Positions 1 through 11,583 are shown, numbered from the whole stretch's first letter. The stretch: 58,186 nt of DNA, filler included, from Barthelona sp. PAP020 (GCA_040182905.1; 5 parts of 5 records of this genome joined end to end with filler, not necessarily neighbours in it); one strand, 5' to 3'. Program-made: numbers and translations. Notes: generated by a model from the letters alone, not told the origin.

Positions 1-138
1 AAAGTTTTGGAAGAATTGGAAATTGAGCATGAATTTAGCGAAATCCCAACAGAAGAATTTTTGGAACCTAAACCTGAGGAAAAGATTAAATTTATGATTG
101 AAGCAGATACAAATGGAAAAAGAGAACCTGAATTGTGA
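1..138 (+). CDS. 3' end of an unidentified CDS (5'-truncated by window)
   Basis: Frame 1 is open from base 1 (KVLEELEIEHEF...KREPEL) to TGA at 136-138. Confidence 0.6.
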   Translation, partial: KVLEELEIEHEFSEIPTEEFLEPKPEEKIKFMIEADTNGKREPEL

Positions 139-329
139 AGTATACAAGAATTGAATTTTAAATTTCATTTTCCAAATCGTTTATGTAAAAAATATAGTCA
201 ATTTTATTGTTATTTAAACCATGAAATATTTTTTTATCTGTTAAAACAAGATACAAAGATGGAAAAAAAAACGGGAGTTTTGAATTTCATTTTATTGTGC
301 TTTTTTTTTTTTGATTTAAATAATCAAAT

Positions 330-2777
330 ATGAATGATTCAAACCGCGACACCATATTAATTCAAGGTCAGATTGGTGAATTATTTCAAGAACGTATTAA
401 AGAAACTCAGAAGAATCAGCTTAAAGAATTACAAGAAGAGAATGAAGCTGCACGAAAGAATGAACTTTATTTATTAAGTTTAAAAAAGAAATCTATGGCA
501 GCTGAAGCCCAACAATTGATTGAAAGAGAACAAAATGATTTTCAAGAGCGTCAAAGGTTACTTTATGATGTTGAATCAAAAAGATTTGCTCAAGAAGAAA
601 GTGTTAGACTAAAAGAAAAGACTAGAAGAGCAGCGGATGAGCTTGAGAGAAAAAGAAAAGAAATTGAAAAAAGAAATATGGAGTTATCCTGTGAAAAATT
701 TTATCGAGATGAAAGAAAAAATGCAGAAGAGATGCTTGAAGAAGCAGAACGAAGCAAACGTAGAATTGCTGAAAACACAATGAGAACTTTAGAATTGGAA
801 AATTCGAAACGAACCCGACAACACAATTTTGCTCGTACTTTGGAAAAAAGTACCATTAAAAAATTGAAGAACATTCAATTAGAACATCAAACGCCGCGTA
901 AAAAAAATGTAACCCCCAAGAGGAAAGTTATCTTGGTAATTACAGTTGAAATTGGCGATGGAAATCTTGAAATGATCAAGTTGCATGATAATGAGACTCC
1001 TGAGGAAGTTGCTTCGGCATTTGTTGCAAAGCATCAGTTTCCTGTGCATATTATTGAGCCACTGGTAAGTAGAATAAAAGATACATTGGCATTACAGACT
1101 CAAAATACCCCTCAAACTCTCAGAAACAAAAGAAGGATGACAGAAAAGAAAGAAGAAGAAAAAAAAAAGAAACCGTCAGTGAAAAAAATGACTAAAGAAG
1201 AAATGACAAAATTTATTGATAGGCTTTCATATAGTCAACCCAGATTAAGAAAAGAACAGTATAGTGTAAAGGCTAAAGAGGAAGCTAAGAAAGAAGAATA
1301 TTTGTTTTCTCCTCAAATTACCCAATATAAAGCTAAAAATGAAAGATCTGGCAGTGTTTTTGAAAGATTGTATGGAGAGTCGAAAATTCTGGAAGAAAAA
1401 CGCAAAGAAGATGTGGAAGAGCATCATCGTAAAGAGGCAGAATTGGCCAGAATTGAATCTGAGAAGATACACACACTTGCAACTTCAAAGAGTCTGTTAA
1501 AAGATGATTCCAGAGATATTGCTGTTTATGATCGATTAAATAAATTAGCCAAGACAAAGGAAGCAATTCGGGAAAAAATGCTTAAAGAAAAGCTGGAACA
1601 AGAAGAACAGAATTTGGATGGGCTGACTTTTACTCCCAAAATATCTGATTTTGCCAAGAAAGAATTAAATATTGAAGAAAATGTGTGGGAAAGAGTTGAA
1701 TATAATAGGGTTATTGATGAGCAAAAACGTGAGGAGCTAATAAAAAAACATAGACTCGAAGATTTCAAAGAAATCGATAGCATCTTCAAACATCATCATA
1801 AGAATCACAAATTTTTTCCCACCAGAGATTCAAAATCAGAACCTTTCTCTCCTCAAATCACCAACAAATCAAAGAATATTGTCGAGAGACGACTTGCCTC
1901 CCAATTTTCTACACCTAAAAAACATGGTCAATATCTGTATGAAGATGCTTTAGATCGTGCAAAAAGGCGGGAATCTTTACAAGATAAAGTACCCGCCCAT
2001 TTGTACAGTTTTAATCCAGTTACCAATGTTGAATCTTCACCTACAATTGAAGAACGTAAAGAAACAATAGAACGACTTTACAATTCCAGATTTAAAACTC
2101 AAGAAAAAATTGACATGTTAATTCGTGAAAGAAAAGAAAGGGAAGCTAAAGATATGGTCACTGTACATTCTGTTAACCCAGATGAAGTATCTGAAAGATT
2201 ATACAAAACTCCACTGAAGCGTACAGTTAAAATGGAACCTAAGCATGAGTTTAATCGTTCTGGAACACAATTTTTTGAGAATCCAGAAGCTGCAGATAAG
2301 TTAGATGCTGATATTATGTACGGTTTGGCCAAGTTATGGGCGATTTTATCTCCCAATGGTTCAAATGTATGTATGCTCAGTAAAAGTGATTTAAGTAGGA
2401 TTGAATTGGACTACATCAGCTGTATTTTCCCAGCTCATGATCCTGCAATCATAAAATCCGAATTATTTTATTTGACAGGTTTTGAACATCAAAAAGATCT
2501 CATTGAGAATGAAAAGGTTGAAATTACAGAGCAAGGATTCACCGATCGCGCTTATGTGTATACCAAACATCCTTCATTCCCTTTAACTTTCTATCGTCCT
2601 ATTAAAGGCACTCAATATGTTAAAATGGATGTTGAAGAGATGAATCTTAAAGAAATGAGAGATAAACCTGAATTATCGTTAGAAACTCAAAGACTTTCTC
2701 AGCAAAACCCAGAAAGAAGTGGGCCTATATATGAAAGATTGTCTGCTACTGCATCTAAAAGCTCTCAAGATCAATAA
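330..2777 (+). CDS. Coiled-coil protein with a central small alpha/beta domain and repeated F(S/T)P(Q/K)I...(V/I)xERL motifs; probable cytoskeletal protein
   Basis: 815-aa ORF; E/K/R-rich N-terminus; LVITVEIGDG...PEEVASAF segment; repeats FSPQIT..VFERLY, FTPKIS..VWERV, FSPQIT, FNPVTN..IERLY, KPELS..IYERL. Confidence 0.75.
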   Translation: MNDSNRDTILIQGQIGELFQERIKETQKNQLKELQEENEAARKNELYLLSLKKKSMAAEAQQLIEREQNDFQERQRLLYDVESKRFAQEESVRLKEKTRRAADELERKRKEIEKRNMELSCEKFYRDERKNAEEMLEEAERSKRRIAENTMRTLELENSKRTRQHNFARTLEKSTIKKLKNIQLEHQTPRKKNVTPKRKVILVITVEIGDGNLEMIKLHDNETPEEVASAFVAKHQFPVHIIEPLVSRIKDTLALQTQNTPQTLRNKRRMTEKKEEEKKKKPSVKKMTKEEMTKFIDRLSYSQPRLRKEQYSVKAKEEAKKEEYLFSPQITQYKAKNERSGSVFERLYGESKILEEKRKEDVEEHHRKEAELARIESEKIHTLATSKSLLKDDSRDIAVYDRLNKLAKTKEAIREKMLKEKLEQEEQNLDGLTFTPKISDFAKKELNIEENVWERVEYNRVIDEQKREELIKKHRLEDFKEIDSIFKHHHKNHKFFPTRDSKSEPFSPQITNKSKNIVERRLASQFSTPKKHGQYLYEDALDRAKRRESLQDKVPAHLYSFNPVTNVESSPTIEERKETIERLYNSRFKTQEKIDMLIRERKEREAKDMVTVHSVNPDEVSERLYKTPLKRTVKMEPKHEFNRSGTQFFENPEAADKLDADIMYGLAKLWAILSPNGSNVCMLSKSDLSRIELDYISCIFPAHDPAIIKSELFYLTGFEHQKDLIENEKVEITEQGFTDRAYVYTKHPSFPLTFYRPIKGTQYVKMDVEEMNLKEMRDKPELSLETQRLSQQNPERSGPIYERLSATASKSSQDQ

Positions 2778-3839
2778 TAGTTTTTGTATTCTGTTTATAT
2801 CATTTCTTTAATCATTTGATAGTTCTTTGATCATTTGACCATTTGAAAAAATTCAAAGAAAATGTAAAAAAGATTTTTTTTTTTGTTAAGCGAAATTATT
2901 GGCTGAAATTTCATAAGAATTGGAAAGAAAGAATAAAAGAAAGGGCAATGTGATATTATTTCTTGAAATAATCTTTTGTAGGAAAAAAAAAGAAAAATGT
3001 TGCTTAATTTGTTTTATCTGTTCAACAGTAGAATGATTGTGAGAAGTTTTTAAAGATTTGTTATAAAACTTTTGTTTGTGCTTGGTGTAAACGGCAACTA
3101 TTCTGTCCTTGTCATTTTGGATTTACCAAAATTGCCATTTATCAAATTATATAATATTGAAATAACAGCAAACAAAATATTTACAACCAAAAACGAATAT
3201 CTTTCAAATTATTGGTTTCTGTTGAAACAAAAACCTAATAAAACAAACAACAACACATAAGGTTTGAAACTATGTTAAAGAAGTCTTCACTGCAATGTAA
3301 ATTTCTGGTTTCTTCCATGTCAGCAAAGAAGTTGATGTTTTTTTTTTTTCTTAACAAATGTGAAACAATTTTTTTCTGTCATAAAAGAAAGATTGTTCTT
3401 TTATTGATAAATTTTCAACAAGTTATTGAACGATTTAATGGAATAATGAATTAATAACATTTTAAATTTTCATATTATCATAAATACCCTCAAATTATTT
3501 GAACATAAACAGATTATTTAACACAATAAACACAATGGCAATATTGGATCACCTATTTAGAAAAGAATTGCAATCATCATCACAATCAAAAGAAGAATTC
3601 ACTTGACTACCAAAAAAAAAGCTATCAATGGTCAAATTTTGTTGGTGATAGACAATATTTTAAAGAAAAGAAAACAAAATAATAAAGATCTACAAATTTT
3701 GCCGAAACTTACAAAGAGCAGAACAAAATCTTGTTGCATCATATTTTGATGAAGAAGAAAATATTTAAGTTTTATATTTGCTTAAAACCTTTGAACTTTA
3801 AAGATCTTTTATGACACTTCTTTTTTCAAATTGTTTGAC

Positions 3840-5057
3840 ATGTCTGTTCAATCACGTGATGAGTTGGTGAGGAAAATTATTTGTGAACTGTTTCCTCAAA
3901 GAATCAATGAAGAAAGTGTTGAAGAAATTGAAGGAATAGTAACCAAATTTATTTTTGCTTGTGAGTTCTTTCCTGACGGCAAACGTTTAATAGTTGGTAG
4001 TTCTAAAGGTAAGGCCCATGTAATCAATGTAGAAACTGGTGTTTTAGATTGTTCTTTGAAAAATCAAAAAGCGTGGGTGAACAGTTTTACTTTTTCACAA
4101 GATGGACAAATGTTAGCAACAGCGTCTAGTCAAAGTTGTATCAATATATATAATGTTGAAGATTTCTCCCTTATACGCAAACTAAAAAACAATTGTGGTG
4201 TTAGTGCAATTTATTTTTCTCCTTGTTCTAATTATATCTATTCTGGTGATAACGATGGGTTTCTTAAGAAGTGGGATGTTAACTTTGGTGATGTTGTGTT
4301 GGAAAAACGAGTCCATTTAGGATACATTGTTCAACTAAAATTGTCATTAGATGGAAAGTATTTTTTGACGGGTAGTGGTGATAGAACTGCGAAGCTGATT
4401 GATCCAAATGATTTCTCTGTTATTCGTACATTCGAACATGACAGATATGTTTATGGTGTTGATTTCCATCCAACAAAAAGGATGATAGCTGTTGGTGATA
4501 TGTGGAATAACGTCAAAATTTGGAACATTGATGATGGGTCATTAGTTCATGCATTTGTCATGGGGGGAAGCGTCAAATGTGTTCGCTTCTTAACCTCCAG
4601 TATTCTACTTGTTATGTCTGGAGATGGCTACATTATATCATACAATCTTGATACGTTTCAAGAGATGCAAAAGGTTTATTGTCGTGTTGAATGTTCTAAC
4701 AGTGATTTTAATATTTCGCCTGATAGAACACAATTGGCATGTGGTACATGTGAAGGCAATAAAATCAAGGTCTATTCAATTGTGCTTGAATATGACTCTT
4801 CACATCAATCTGAACTCATTGAATTATCCAAGAGTGGTGGTTATGTGTTGTCGAATCTTATTTCGATGAATGTAGATACTCATGTTATCAGAGAATTGGT
4901 AGCAGCAGGTATATGCATAAATGAAGAGGAAAATAAAATGATTGTGGATTCATGTTGGGATTTGGTAGATATAAATGAAGCTAATGGTGGTAACATGTGC
5001 ATGTTTAATAATAGTCAAAACAATGAAAATGTTGATGATGATGATGATGAAAATTAG
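3840..5057 (+). CDS. WD40 beta-propeller protein with C-terminal CWDL/NGGN domain and acidic tail (family member 1)
   Basis: About 7 WD repeats (FSQDGQMLATAS, LKKWD, VDFHP, VKIWN); C-terminal CWDLVDINEANGGN; first ATG at 3840. Confidence 0.85.
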   Translation: MSVQSRDELVRKIICELFPQRINEESVEEIEGIVTKFIFACEFFPDGKRLIVGSSKGKAHVINVETGVLDCSLKNQKAWVNSFTFSQDGQMLATASSQSCINIYNVEDFSLIRKLKNNCGVSAIYFSPCSNYIYSGDNDGFLKKWDVNFGDVVLEKRVHLGYIVQLKLSLDGKYFLTGSGDRTAKLIDPNDFSVIRTFEHDRYVYGVDFHPTKRMIAVGDMWNNVKIWNIDDGSLVHAFVMGGSVKCVRFLTSSILLVMSGDGYIISYNLDTFQEMQKVYCRVECSNSDFNISPDRTQLACGTCEGNKIKVYSIVLEYDSSHQSELIELSKSGGYVLSNLISMNVDTHVIRELVAAGICINEEENKMIVDSCWDLVDINEANGGNMCMFNNSQNNENVDDDDDEN

Positions 5058-5299
5058 TCTTCTCATTCAACTGCTGAAAACATTATGTTAGAAATATATA
5101 ATTTGTTTTTTTGAATGCTTTCTGTTGTTTCTTTCATTTTCAGCAGATAATTCTTTAATTTGCTTATTTCCTTTCTTGAAATCTCAAAAATGCTTTCAGT
5201 ACTGGCTTTTAACGAATTGTTTTCCTGTGTTTCATGCAACTATCCAATCAAATAAATAAATAAATAATTGTTTGTTTTTTTTAAGAGAATAGGAGCAGG

Positions 5300-7534
5300 T
5301 TAAATTGCTTGAAATGTTTTATCTGGTCTTTTAATCACCAACCCCAAATCATTTAAATTTTGCAAAATGTTTTCAAAGTCGATCATTGGAAGTTTAGCAA
5401 TTGAAGCTAATTCCACTAGTTCTTTCTTTGAAAATGTCTTTTTATCATTTTGTTTCATCAAATTATATAATAGCATATGTTGTTTCTTTTTACTTAATTT
5501 TTTATTCTGTCTATTAAGAAATTGGTCTGGTTTATGAAATTCTTGATTGAAAAGTAAAGGTGAATACAATGTATTTTCGAATAAAGATAAACAAATATCA
5601 ACAATTTCATTGGTAACTTTAGCATATCCACAGATTTTGGCTATTGTCTTACTTACCCTTATTAATGCATCTAATTGTCGATACGAAGTTAAAACATGAG
5701 ATTCCAAACTAATATTTTCCGAATTCAATCCATTAGAATTATTGAAATTAATTGCTGAAGTCAATAATTGATTATTTTCATGAAACTTATGTATACGTTC
5801 ATATTCAATACTTCTTAATTGATAGAAATAATCCTTCAACCTTAAAAAAGTATCTGCTTCTAGTTTGATTGTACTGACATTTATTTGTCGAAAATAATTC
5901 ACAAATACCTTCAATTCTTCAAGTTCTAACGATTTACCAAAATTATCTTGTCGAAAGGCATTGCATTTTCCACTGAAACTATCATGATCCATCGTTAAAA
6001 CAGTATCTGATGATTTCTTTTCTTTAGCAAAAGATGAAGATGTCCTAAACCGTTCCAGCATTCCATTCTTTATCTTATTATTGTTATTTTGAAATTCATT
6101 GATATTCTGTGAAAAGATAATTGGCAAATCAATTCTATTCAAAATGCTTTTGGATAATTTCAACCCATTAAATATGCTATTGGTATGATTTGTTATTGTT
6201 GCAGAAGCTAACATGGAGTAATTGGTACTAAGTAACATATGGGTTCCTTTTTGTACAATGAGCAATTGTTGATTCTCTAAACTCTCCAATAGCTCATCAA
6301 ATTGATAACCTTTCAATTTATCAATTTCATCAAATATTAAAACTTTATTATTACACATCAGAATAAGTCCTGCTAAAATTCTTTTGCTAATATTACATCC
6401 TAACACATTTTGCCGATAAGACTGAAAAGAAATCATCAAAGCTGGAGGGTTATTCCCATTTACGTTTTTTACAGTGGCCGAAGTTAATAATTGTGAGGCT
6501 TCTCGTAATAATACACTTTTTCCTGTGCCTGAAGGTCCTAATAATATCGTATGTATTGTATTTCTAAAAGTATCATTCTCTTCATTCTGATTAACGAGAG
6601 AAAGAAGAATTGCAGCTTTAGCAGCATAACATCCAACAATTTGAGGACAAAAAGATGTTACAAGCGAAAAAAAAATTCGACTACCTTTAACATTAGCACT
6701 TAAAGGACGTTGAATAGTACAGTTCACATCATAGATCTCTTCAAACCCAATCAATTCTAGCAAAAGATTCTCTTTTACTGATTTAACCTTTTTTTGTGAT
6801 TGACTATCAACAGTAACTATGGCAGTGAACAGTTTTGTTTCACCAATCTTTGGTAACTTATTACTGGGAAATTTCCCATACAAATCCATCGTAGAAGACG
6901 TTCCATTATCATCAGAAGAAATTGTCAAATGACGAGTGGCTACAAATTCAGACATAGCTATGATACTCTGCAAATGACCTTTACATTTCTTTCGAGGACA
7001 TTTATTATTGTGCAAATTGATCAAATAACATTCATTTGAACATAAAGTACATACTGCTGAACCTCCTAAAAACATACATGAAATTGTTGAAGACGAATTG
7101 ATATAGGCCGGAATTTTTACAATAAAACCCAAGTAGTTTGTTGTTACGTTATTTGTAGTTATTAATTCTCCAGGAAAATTCTGAAAATTGATATGGATGC
7201 AATGTTTCAAAAAATAGTTAAAATATTTAGCCTTACATTGCACTAAAACCACATAATGAACAATAAATTGACATAAATTATGAAATATTATTGGTTCTGT
7301 CTCTAAATAAAGTAACCAATCATTATAATATTCTGAATTTCCAATTTTCTCAAAATCAAACTCTAAATAGAACGTAGAATGTAAATCTTCCCAAGAAAAC
7401 CTATTTGAAAATGGTTTTTTAATATCATTTGCAATTTGAACGGATAGATTCAACAAATCATCATCAATCCTTTGAATATCCAGTTGATCAAGATAAAACT
7501 GAAGAATTTGTTTAATATTACCAACATTCATCAT
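5300..7534 (-). CDS. MCM8: Divergent MCM-family helicase, most like MCM8
   Basis: CxxC...CxxxxC zinc finger, Walker A GPSGTGKS, Walker B FDEIDK, R-finger LNRID, sensor-2 SYRQLDALIR, C-terminal winged helix DFENILQNLNDLGLVIK resembling MCM8. Confidence 0.75.
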   Translation of the reverse strand: MMNVGNIKQILQFYLDQLDIQRIDDDLLNLSVQIANDIKKPFSNRFSWEDLHSTFYLEFDFEKIGNSEYYNDWLLYLETEPIIFHNLCQFIVHYVVLVQCKAKYFNYFLKHCIHINFQNFPGELITTNNVTTNYLGFIVKIPAYINSSSTISCMFLGGSAVCTLCSNECYLINLHNNKCPRKKCKGHLQSIIAMSEFVATRHLTISSDDNGTSSTMDLYGKFPSNKLPKIGETKLFTAIVTVDSQSQKKVKSVKENLLLELIGFEEIYDVNCTIQRPLSANVKGSRIFFSLVTSFCPQIVGCYAAKAAILLSLVNQNEENDTFRNTIHTILLGPSGTGKSVLLREASQLLTSATVKNVNGNNPPALMISFQSYRQNVLGCNISKRILAGLILMCNNKVLIFDEIDKLKGYQFDELLESLENQQLLIVQKGTHMLLSTNYSMLASATITNHTNSIFNGLKLSKSILNRIDLPIIFSQNINEFQNNNNKIKNGMLERFRTSSSFAKEKKSSDTVLTMDHDSFSGKCNAFRQDNFGKSLELEELKVFVNYFRQINVSTIKLEADTFLRLKDYFYQLRSIEYERIHKFHENNQLLTSAINFNNSNGLNSENISLESHVLTSYRQLDALIRVSKTIAKICGYAKVTNEIVDICLSLFENTLYSPLLFNQEFHKPDQFLNRQNKKLSKKKQHMLLYNLMKQNDKKTFSKKELVELASIAKLPMIDFENILQNLNDLGLVIKRPDKTFQAI

Positions 7535-7600
7535 TCAGAAACATTTCAATTTTGGAATTATTTTCAATAAATTGTGAAAGAAAAGAACCTTTTTTTCTTT

Positions 7601-7608
7601 TGCAGGGT
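7601..7608 (-). promoter_or_regulatory. Candidate upstream motif ACCCTGCA, 66 nt upstream of the MCM8 ATG
   Basis: GC-rich word in an AT-rich intergenic region, shared with the MRE11 and M1AP-like upstream regions. Confidence 0.5.
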
Positions 7609-7855
7609 TTTTTTTTTAAAGGGAATATATTTATTTCTGATCTTCATTTATGATAAAAAAATTAACCATAATTTATGTTAATACAATGAAACTCTCAATT
7701 GTTCATCTTCTCAGTTGTCAATCCCAACATCTTCATCAAAGTGTTCTTTATTCTTTACAAATGAATATTTCTCAAGAATTTATTTGAAACCAGGTTTAAA
7801 AGGTGCAACAATTGACAAATGTAAAACATTGTTTTTCTTTTTTTTTTCATCATCA

Positions 7856-8359
7856 ATGATTTTTTTCGAAAGTTTAACAAAAGAAAATCTTATAGAATTT
7901 AAAAACAATTTTTTCAAAGCGAGTTGGACTCAAATTGTTGTGAAAATGGGAATAGTTTTTCAACTATTCTTTTCATTGATTCAACTTTCTTTTTCTATTT
8001 CTCAATATAGTGATTGGACCAATTCTGGTGGAATTCTTCGTATTTGTTCTTCTTTTTTTGCAATTCTTACATGTTTCTTTTTAATACAAATATTTTACAG
8101 AAATTCAGAATGGCAAAAGACTTTGGTTATAGGTTTAATGGGTATCGCTTTAATGTTTCAAATATTTGCCATATTTGCGGATTACAGTGAATTTTCCATT
8201 TTCAGTACCTATTTAGCTTTTTATGGACAAGAACCAAATTTTAGATTTGTGTTAACTGAATTTTTTGATGTTGTTAATTTCATTTTGTATATTTTAGGAT
8301 TGACAATATCTATTTTTATTTGGAAAGATTTTAACTTCATTAAAAATGAATATTTATGA
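7856..8359 (+). CDS. Small membrane protein with about 4 TM segments, unknown function
   Basis: Four hydrophobic segments; first ATG at 7856 after a poly-T tract. Confidence 0.65.
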   Translation: MIFFESLTKENLIEFKNNFFKASWTQIVVKMGIVFQLFFSLIQLSFSISQYSDWTNSGGILRICSSFFAILTCFFLIQIFYRNSEWQKTLVIGLMGIALMFQIFAIFADYSEFSIFSTYLAFYGQEPNFRFVLTEFFDVVNFILYILGLTISIFIWKDFNFIKNEYL

Positions 8360-8641
8360 TTGAAACTATCGATTAATTGTGTTTTATGAGATAGTTGAAT
8401 TGTTCGAAAATTTCAAATTATGAGTTTTTTGTAAAAACAGAATATTTCTTTTTTTTTTATAATTTTGTTGTTCACACCGAATGTAAATCATTATTTAATC
8501 AATAATTTTGTTTAATTTTAATTTACACATCATTTAATTATTGATTTGACAATGATTGTCAACTGTCGGCAAAAACAGATTTTGCAAATTTGATCTTCTG
8601 CAAACCACTCTTTCTTTTTTTGTCACTGTTTCTTTTTAATA

Positions 8642-9532
8642 ATGTCATTGTCTGTAATCTATGCAACTGGTTCTGGAGGTACTGAATTTGTTGCAAAACA
8701 AATTAAACAAGCTTTTCAAAAGAAAAATTCTTCTTTAGATGTTAAATTGTTAAATGTTCACAAACATTTAGTTGATTCCAAGTTGGAAAAGGTTGTTGAA
8801 ATGATTAATGAATCAGATATTGTTGCTTTTGGCACTTATGTTGATTGCGGAAAGTTATGCAGACCTCTGAATGCTTTGTTTGAAGAATTACCTGATGATA
8901 TTTTTACAAATAAAAAAACATTCTCTTTCTGTACATCGTATTCAAATGAAATGAGAGTTCCTCACATATTTGCCGTTAATTTTTCGGACAAAGGTGGTCG
9001 AGGACAATATTTTGGTAATATCTTTTTAAAGTGTCCAGAATCTTATCTTCCGTTAGTTCCCAAGGGTAAATCTCAATTTATTCTTGGAAAAGATAATTTG
9101 GAGAAAATGCATCAACAAGTTGAAAATGTTTGGAATAATTTGGAGAATAATTCTCCAATTTCAATTCCTGGTGGTGGATTTTTTGCCAATCTTATGCCAT
9201 ACTATTTCGTTAAGTTTTTATTTGGTGGTCCATTAAGTGTTGACCCTGATTTATGTACTAGGTGTAAAAAATGTATCACAGTGTGTCCAAGTGGTGCTAT
9301 CAAAATGGTTGAAAAAGATAACATAACTATCCCTGAGCAAAATTATGATTTGTGTATTCATTGTACGACCTGTGTTAATCATTGCCCCACAAGAGCAATC
9401 GCTAATGAAAAATTAAGTCAAAGAAGCCCATATCTCTTTAAGAATGTTGTTGAAACACAAGGAGAGACAAGAATTGAACCTCTACGTGAAGAAATTGTTG
9501 AAGATGCAAAAGAAGAAAAGGTTGAGAATTAA
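8642..9532 (+). CDS. EFR1-type flavodoxin-like/2x[4Fe-4S] ferredoxin fusion (bacterial-anaerobe type)
   Basis: N-terminal flavodoxin motif IYATGSGGTEFVA; PESY motif; two CxxCxxCxxxCP motifs (CTRCKKCITVCP, CIHCTTCVNHCP). Confidence 0.85.
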   Translation: MSLSVIYATGSGGTEFVAKQIKQAFQKKNSSLDVKLLNVHKHLVDSKLEKVVEMINESDIVAFGTYVDCGKLCRPLNALFEELPDDIFTNKKTFSFCTSYSNEMRVPHIFAVNFSDKGGRGQYFGNIFLKCPESYLPLVPKGKSQFILGKDNLEKMHQQVENVWNNLENNSPISIPGGGFFANLMPYYFVKFLFGGPLSVDPDLCTRCKKCITVCPSGAIKMVEKDNITIPEQNYDLCIHCTTCVNHCPTRAIANEKLSQRSPYLFKNVVETQGETRIEPLREEIVEDAKEEKVEN

Positions 9533-10542
9533 TTTTGGTTTGTTGATAAAAGTGTGTGAATAACTTATTTTATTTTTCTTTTTGTACAAACCTCATCCAG
9601 AAATTCCCCAAAATGGAGACTGGAGATCTCAGTTGATTAATAAATGATAAGCCATAATCTTTGTTCTTTTCGGGGGTTTCGGTTCCTGAAAGAAACCTCT
9701 CCATTTTGAGACCTACTCTTTCATAAGCTGTCATTGGAGAGCTATGCCCTCTGCAGGATGTGAAATGCAACCTTACTAATTGCTCAAAATAGCTTGAAGC
9801 TCTTTATTTTTAAGTTTATCCTAATTGTGCAAATTTTCTTTCATTCACCGTGACAAGTTAAAGATTGAGTAAAATTCTTCCACAAATGTTTGTTGGCTTT
9901 TTTTCTATCAGCAAAAAAAGTTCTTTCATAACTGGACTAATAACCTTGTCCAATAATTTTGACAATCTGTTGATTGAAGGTTCTTAGGATGAAAACTGCC
10001 AAGAGTGCTTTGAATGAATAATAAACTGTAAACTTACAGATTATCTGTAGTTTGAAGTGTAGGAGGAATGTGCTGTACCATGATCAATTGACAACTTCAT
10101 TTTTTGTTGACTAATATTATTGTTAATTCTATTAATAGAAAACAAAGGTCAATTATTGCAAATCTTTGGTCAGTTAAATCAAATCTTTGAAACTCTTTTG
10201 TCAACGTATGAGATATATGTCATCTCTGAGTTCATAAAAGTCTACCGGTTGAATTGGTGCAAAATAAATAGGTGTTTTTCCAAATAGTGAGTGATCTGCA
10301 AAACCAAAAGGACTGAAGGTAGAGATTTATTATTTCTCAAATCTTTCAATTGTTTTGGTTTTATCAGTTTGGTGGATGTTTGATGTTGTTGAATGTGGAA
10401 TGACTTGTGTGGTTGAAGAACAGCATGAAAATGCATTAAATGATGAAATGAAAATGTGTGTTAAATTTACAAGTTGGAAAACCTGAGAAGCGAGGTAAAA
10501 GGTGTAATCATGGGATGTAAGTTGAAAATGCAGTGTGGAGTT

Positions 10543-11583
10543 TTACAGGTCTGTGGCAATGAATTCTTGGATTGGGACATTCTTTAAAATACCGTAACAA
10601 CAACCACAACACAACAAACGAGTTCCATCATTATTGAGAGCCATAGTATAAATATAAAAAGGTACAAACACTTTCTGCAAAACTTGGCCTGTTTCTCTTC
10701 GAAACACAACAAATGAATTATCAGAAGAACCAGAATAAATCAATGAACCATCTTGGGAGAAGATAATTGAGAATATCCTATCAACATGAACCTTATACTT
10801 TCCCACCAACTCTCTGGATTCAACATCAAATATCCTGACCATGCCATCTTCATCACCTGTCCCCCAATAAGAGCCATCGGGTGAGAAGGTTCCTGATGTG
10901 AGCTCCTTTCCATCATGACTCCACGTGTGAAGCTCTTCATACGTCTGCAATGAAAACAACTTTGAACATCCATCCTCGCTGATAGATGCAAAGTACTTCA
11001 TATCGGGGCTGATACGTACAGATCGAACATGTTTTTCATGAGCTCGAAATTCATGCAACTTCTGTCCTCCAACCGTGTATATGGCAATGTAACCATCCAC
11101 CATACCAAAAGAAAGCAATTTGCCATCTGGTGAGAACCACACACTTGATACATTCTTTGCCATGCCCCTAATCACTCTAAGTGTTCTCCAAGTATCAACC
11201 TCAATGATATAAATTGCTGGACCATCACCACCAACAGCCAATAGCCTGGAGTCAGGACTAAAATTAAGACCAAGAGCCTTCAAATACTCCCCTTCATGCA
11301 CAATTTCATATGTTTCAGCATTGTAAACTCTGAGTAAATAATAATAATGTCCTGCAACCGCAAAAAAGCGTTTATCAGGGCTGTAATCAAGGGCTAAAAC
11401 CTCTCTATCAGGAAAACCTTCACTGAACACAGGCCTTTCTTCAAATTTTTCGACTGCACGAACAATTTGCTTTGTATTTCCAACAGGATGTTGTCCATCA
11501 CTGTTGTTCATAAGACCATTCAATTGGTTTGTCAAATAATCGACTTGGTTTGTTAATTCTTGGTTTTTATTTGTCCACTTTCG
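10543..11583 (-). CDS. Coiled-coil plus WD40 protein, 5'-truncated by the contig end
   Basis: Frame open to the gap (RKWTNKNQELTNQVDYLTNQLNG); about 7 WD repeats with FSPDG motifs; visibly higher GC than neighbours. Confidence 0.8.
   Translation of the reverse strand, partial: RKWTNKNQELTNQVDYLTNQLNGLMNNSDGQHPVGNTKQIVRAVEKFEERPVFSEGFPDREVLALDYSPDKRFFAVAGHYYYLLRVYNAETYEIVHEGEYLKALGLNFSPDSRLLAVGGDGPAIYIIEVDTWRTLRVIRGMAKNVSSVWFSPDGKLLSFGMVDGYIAIYTVGGQKLHEFRAHEKHVRSVRISPDMKYFASISEDGCSKLFSLQTYEELHTWSHDGKELTSGTFSPDGSYWGTGDEDGMVRIFDVESRELVGKYKVHVDRIFSIIFSQDGSLIYSGSSDNSFVVFRRETGQVLQKVFVPFYIYTMALNNDGTRLLCCGCCYGILKNVPIQEFIATDL

Noticed and set aside
3072..3768. Short ORFs and a stop-interrupted reading (MAILDHLFRKEL...) upstream of WD40 member 1
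   Set aside because: No recognisable homology; cannot separate a pseudogene from noise
10440..10486. ATGATGA...CTGA pair resembling a C/D snoRNA (similar lone C boxes at about 23941, 35260 and 48756)
   Set aside because: Too short or lacking D, C' and D' boxes, no terminal stem and no recognisable rRNA guide
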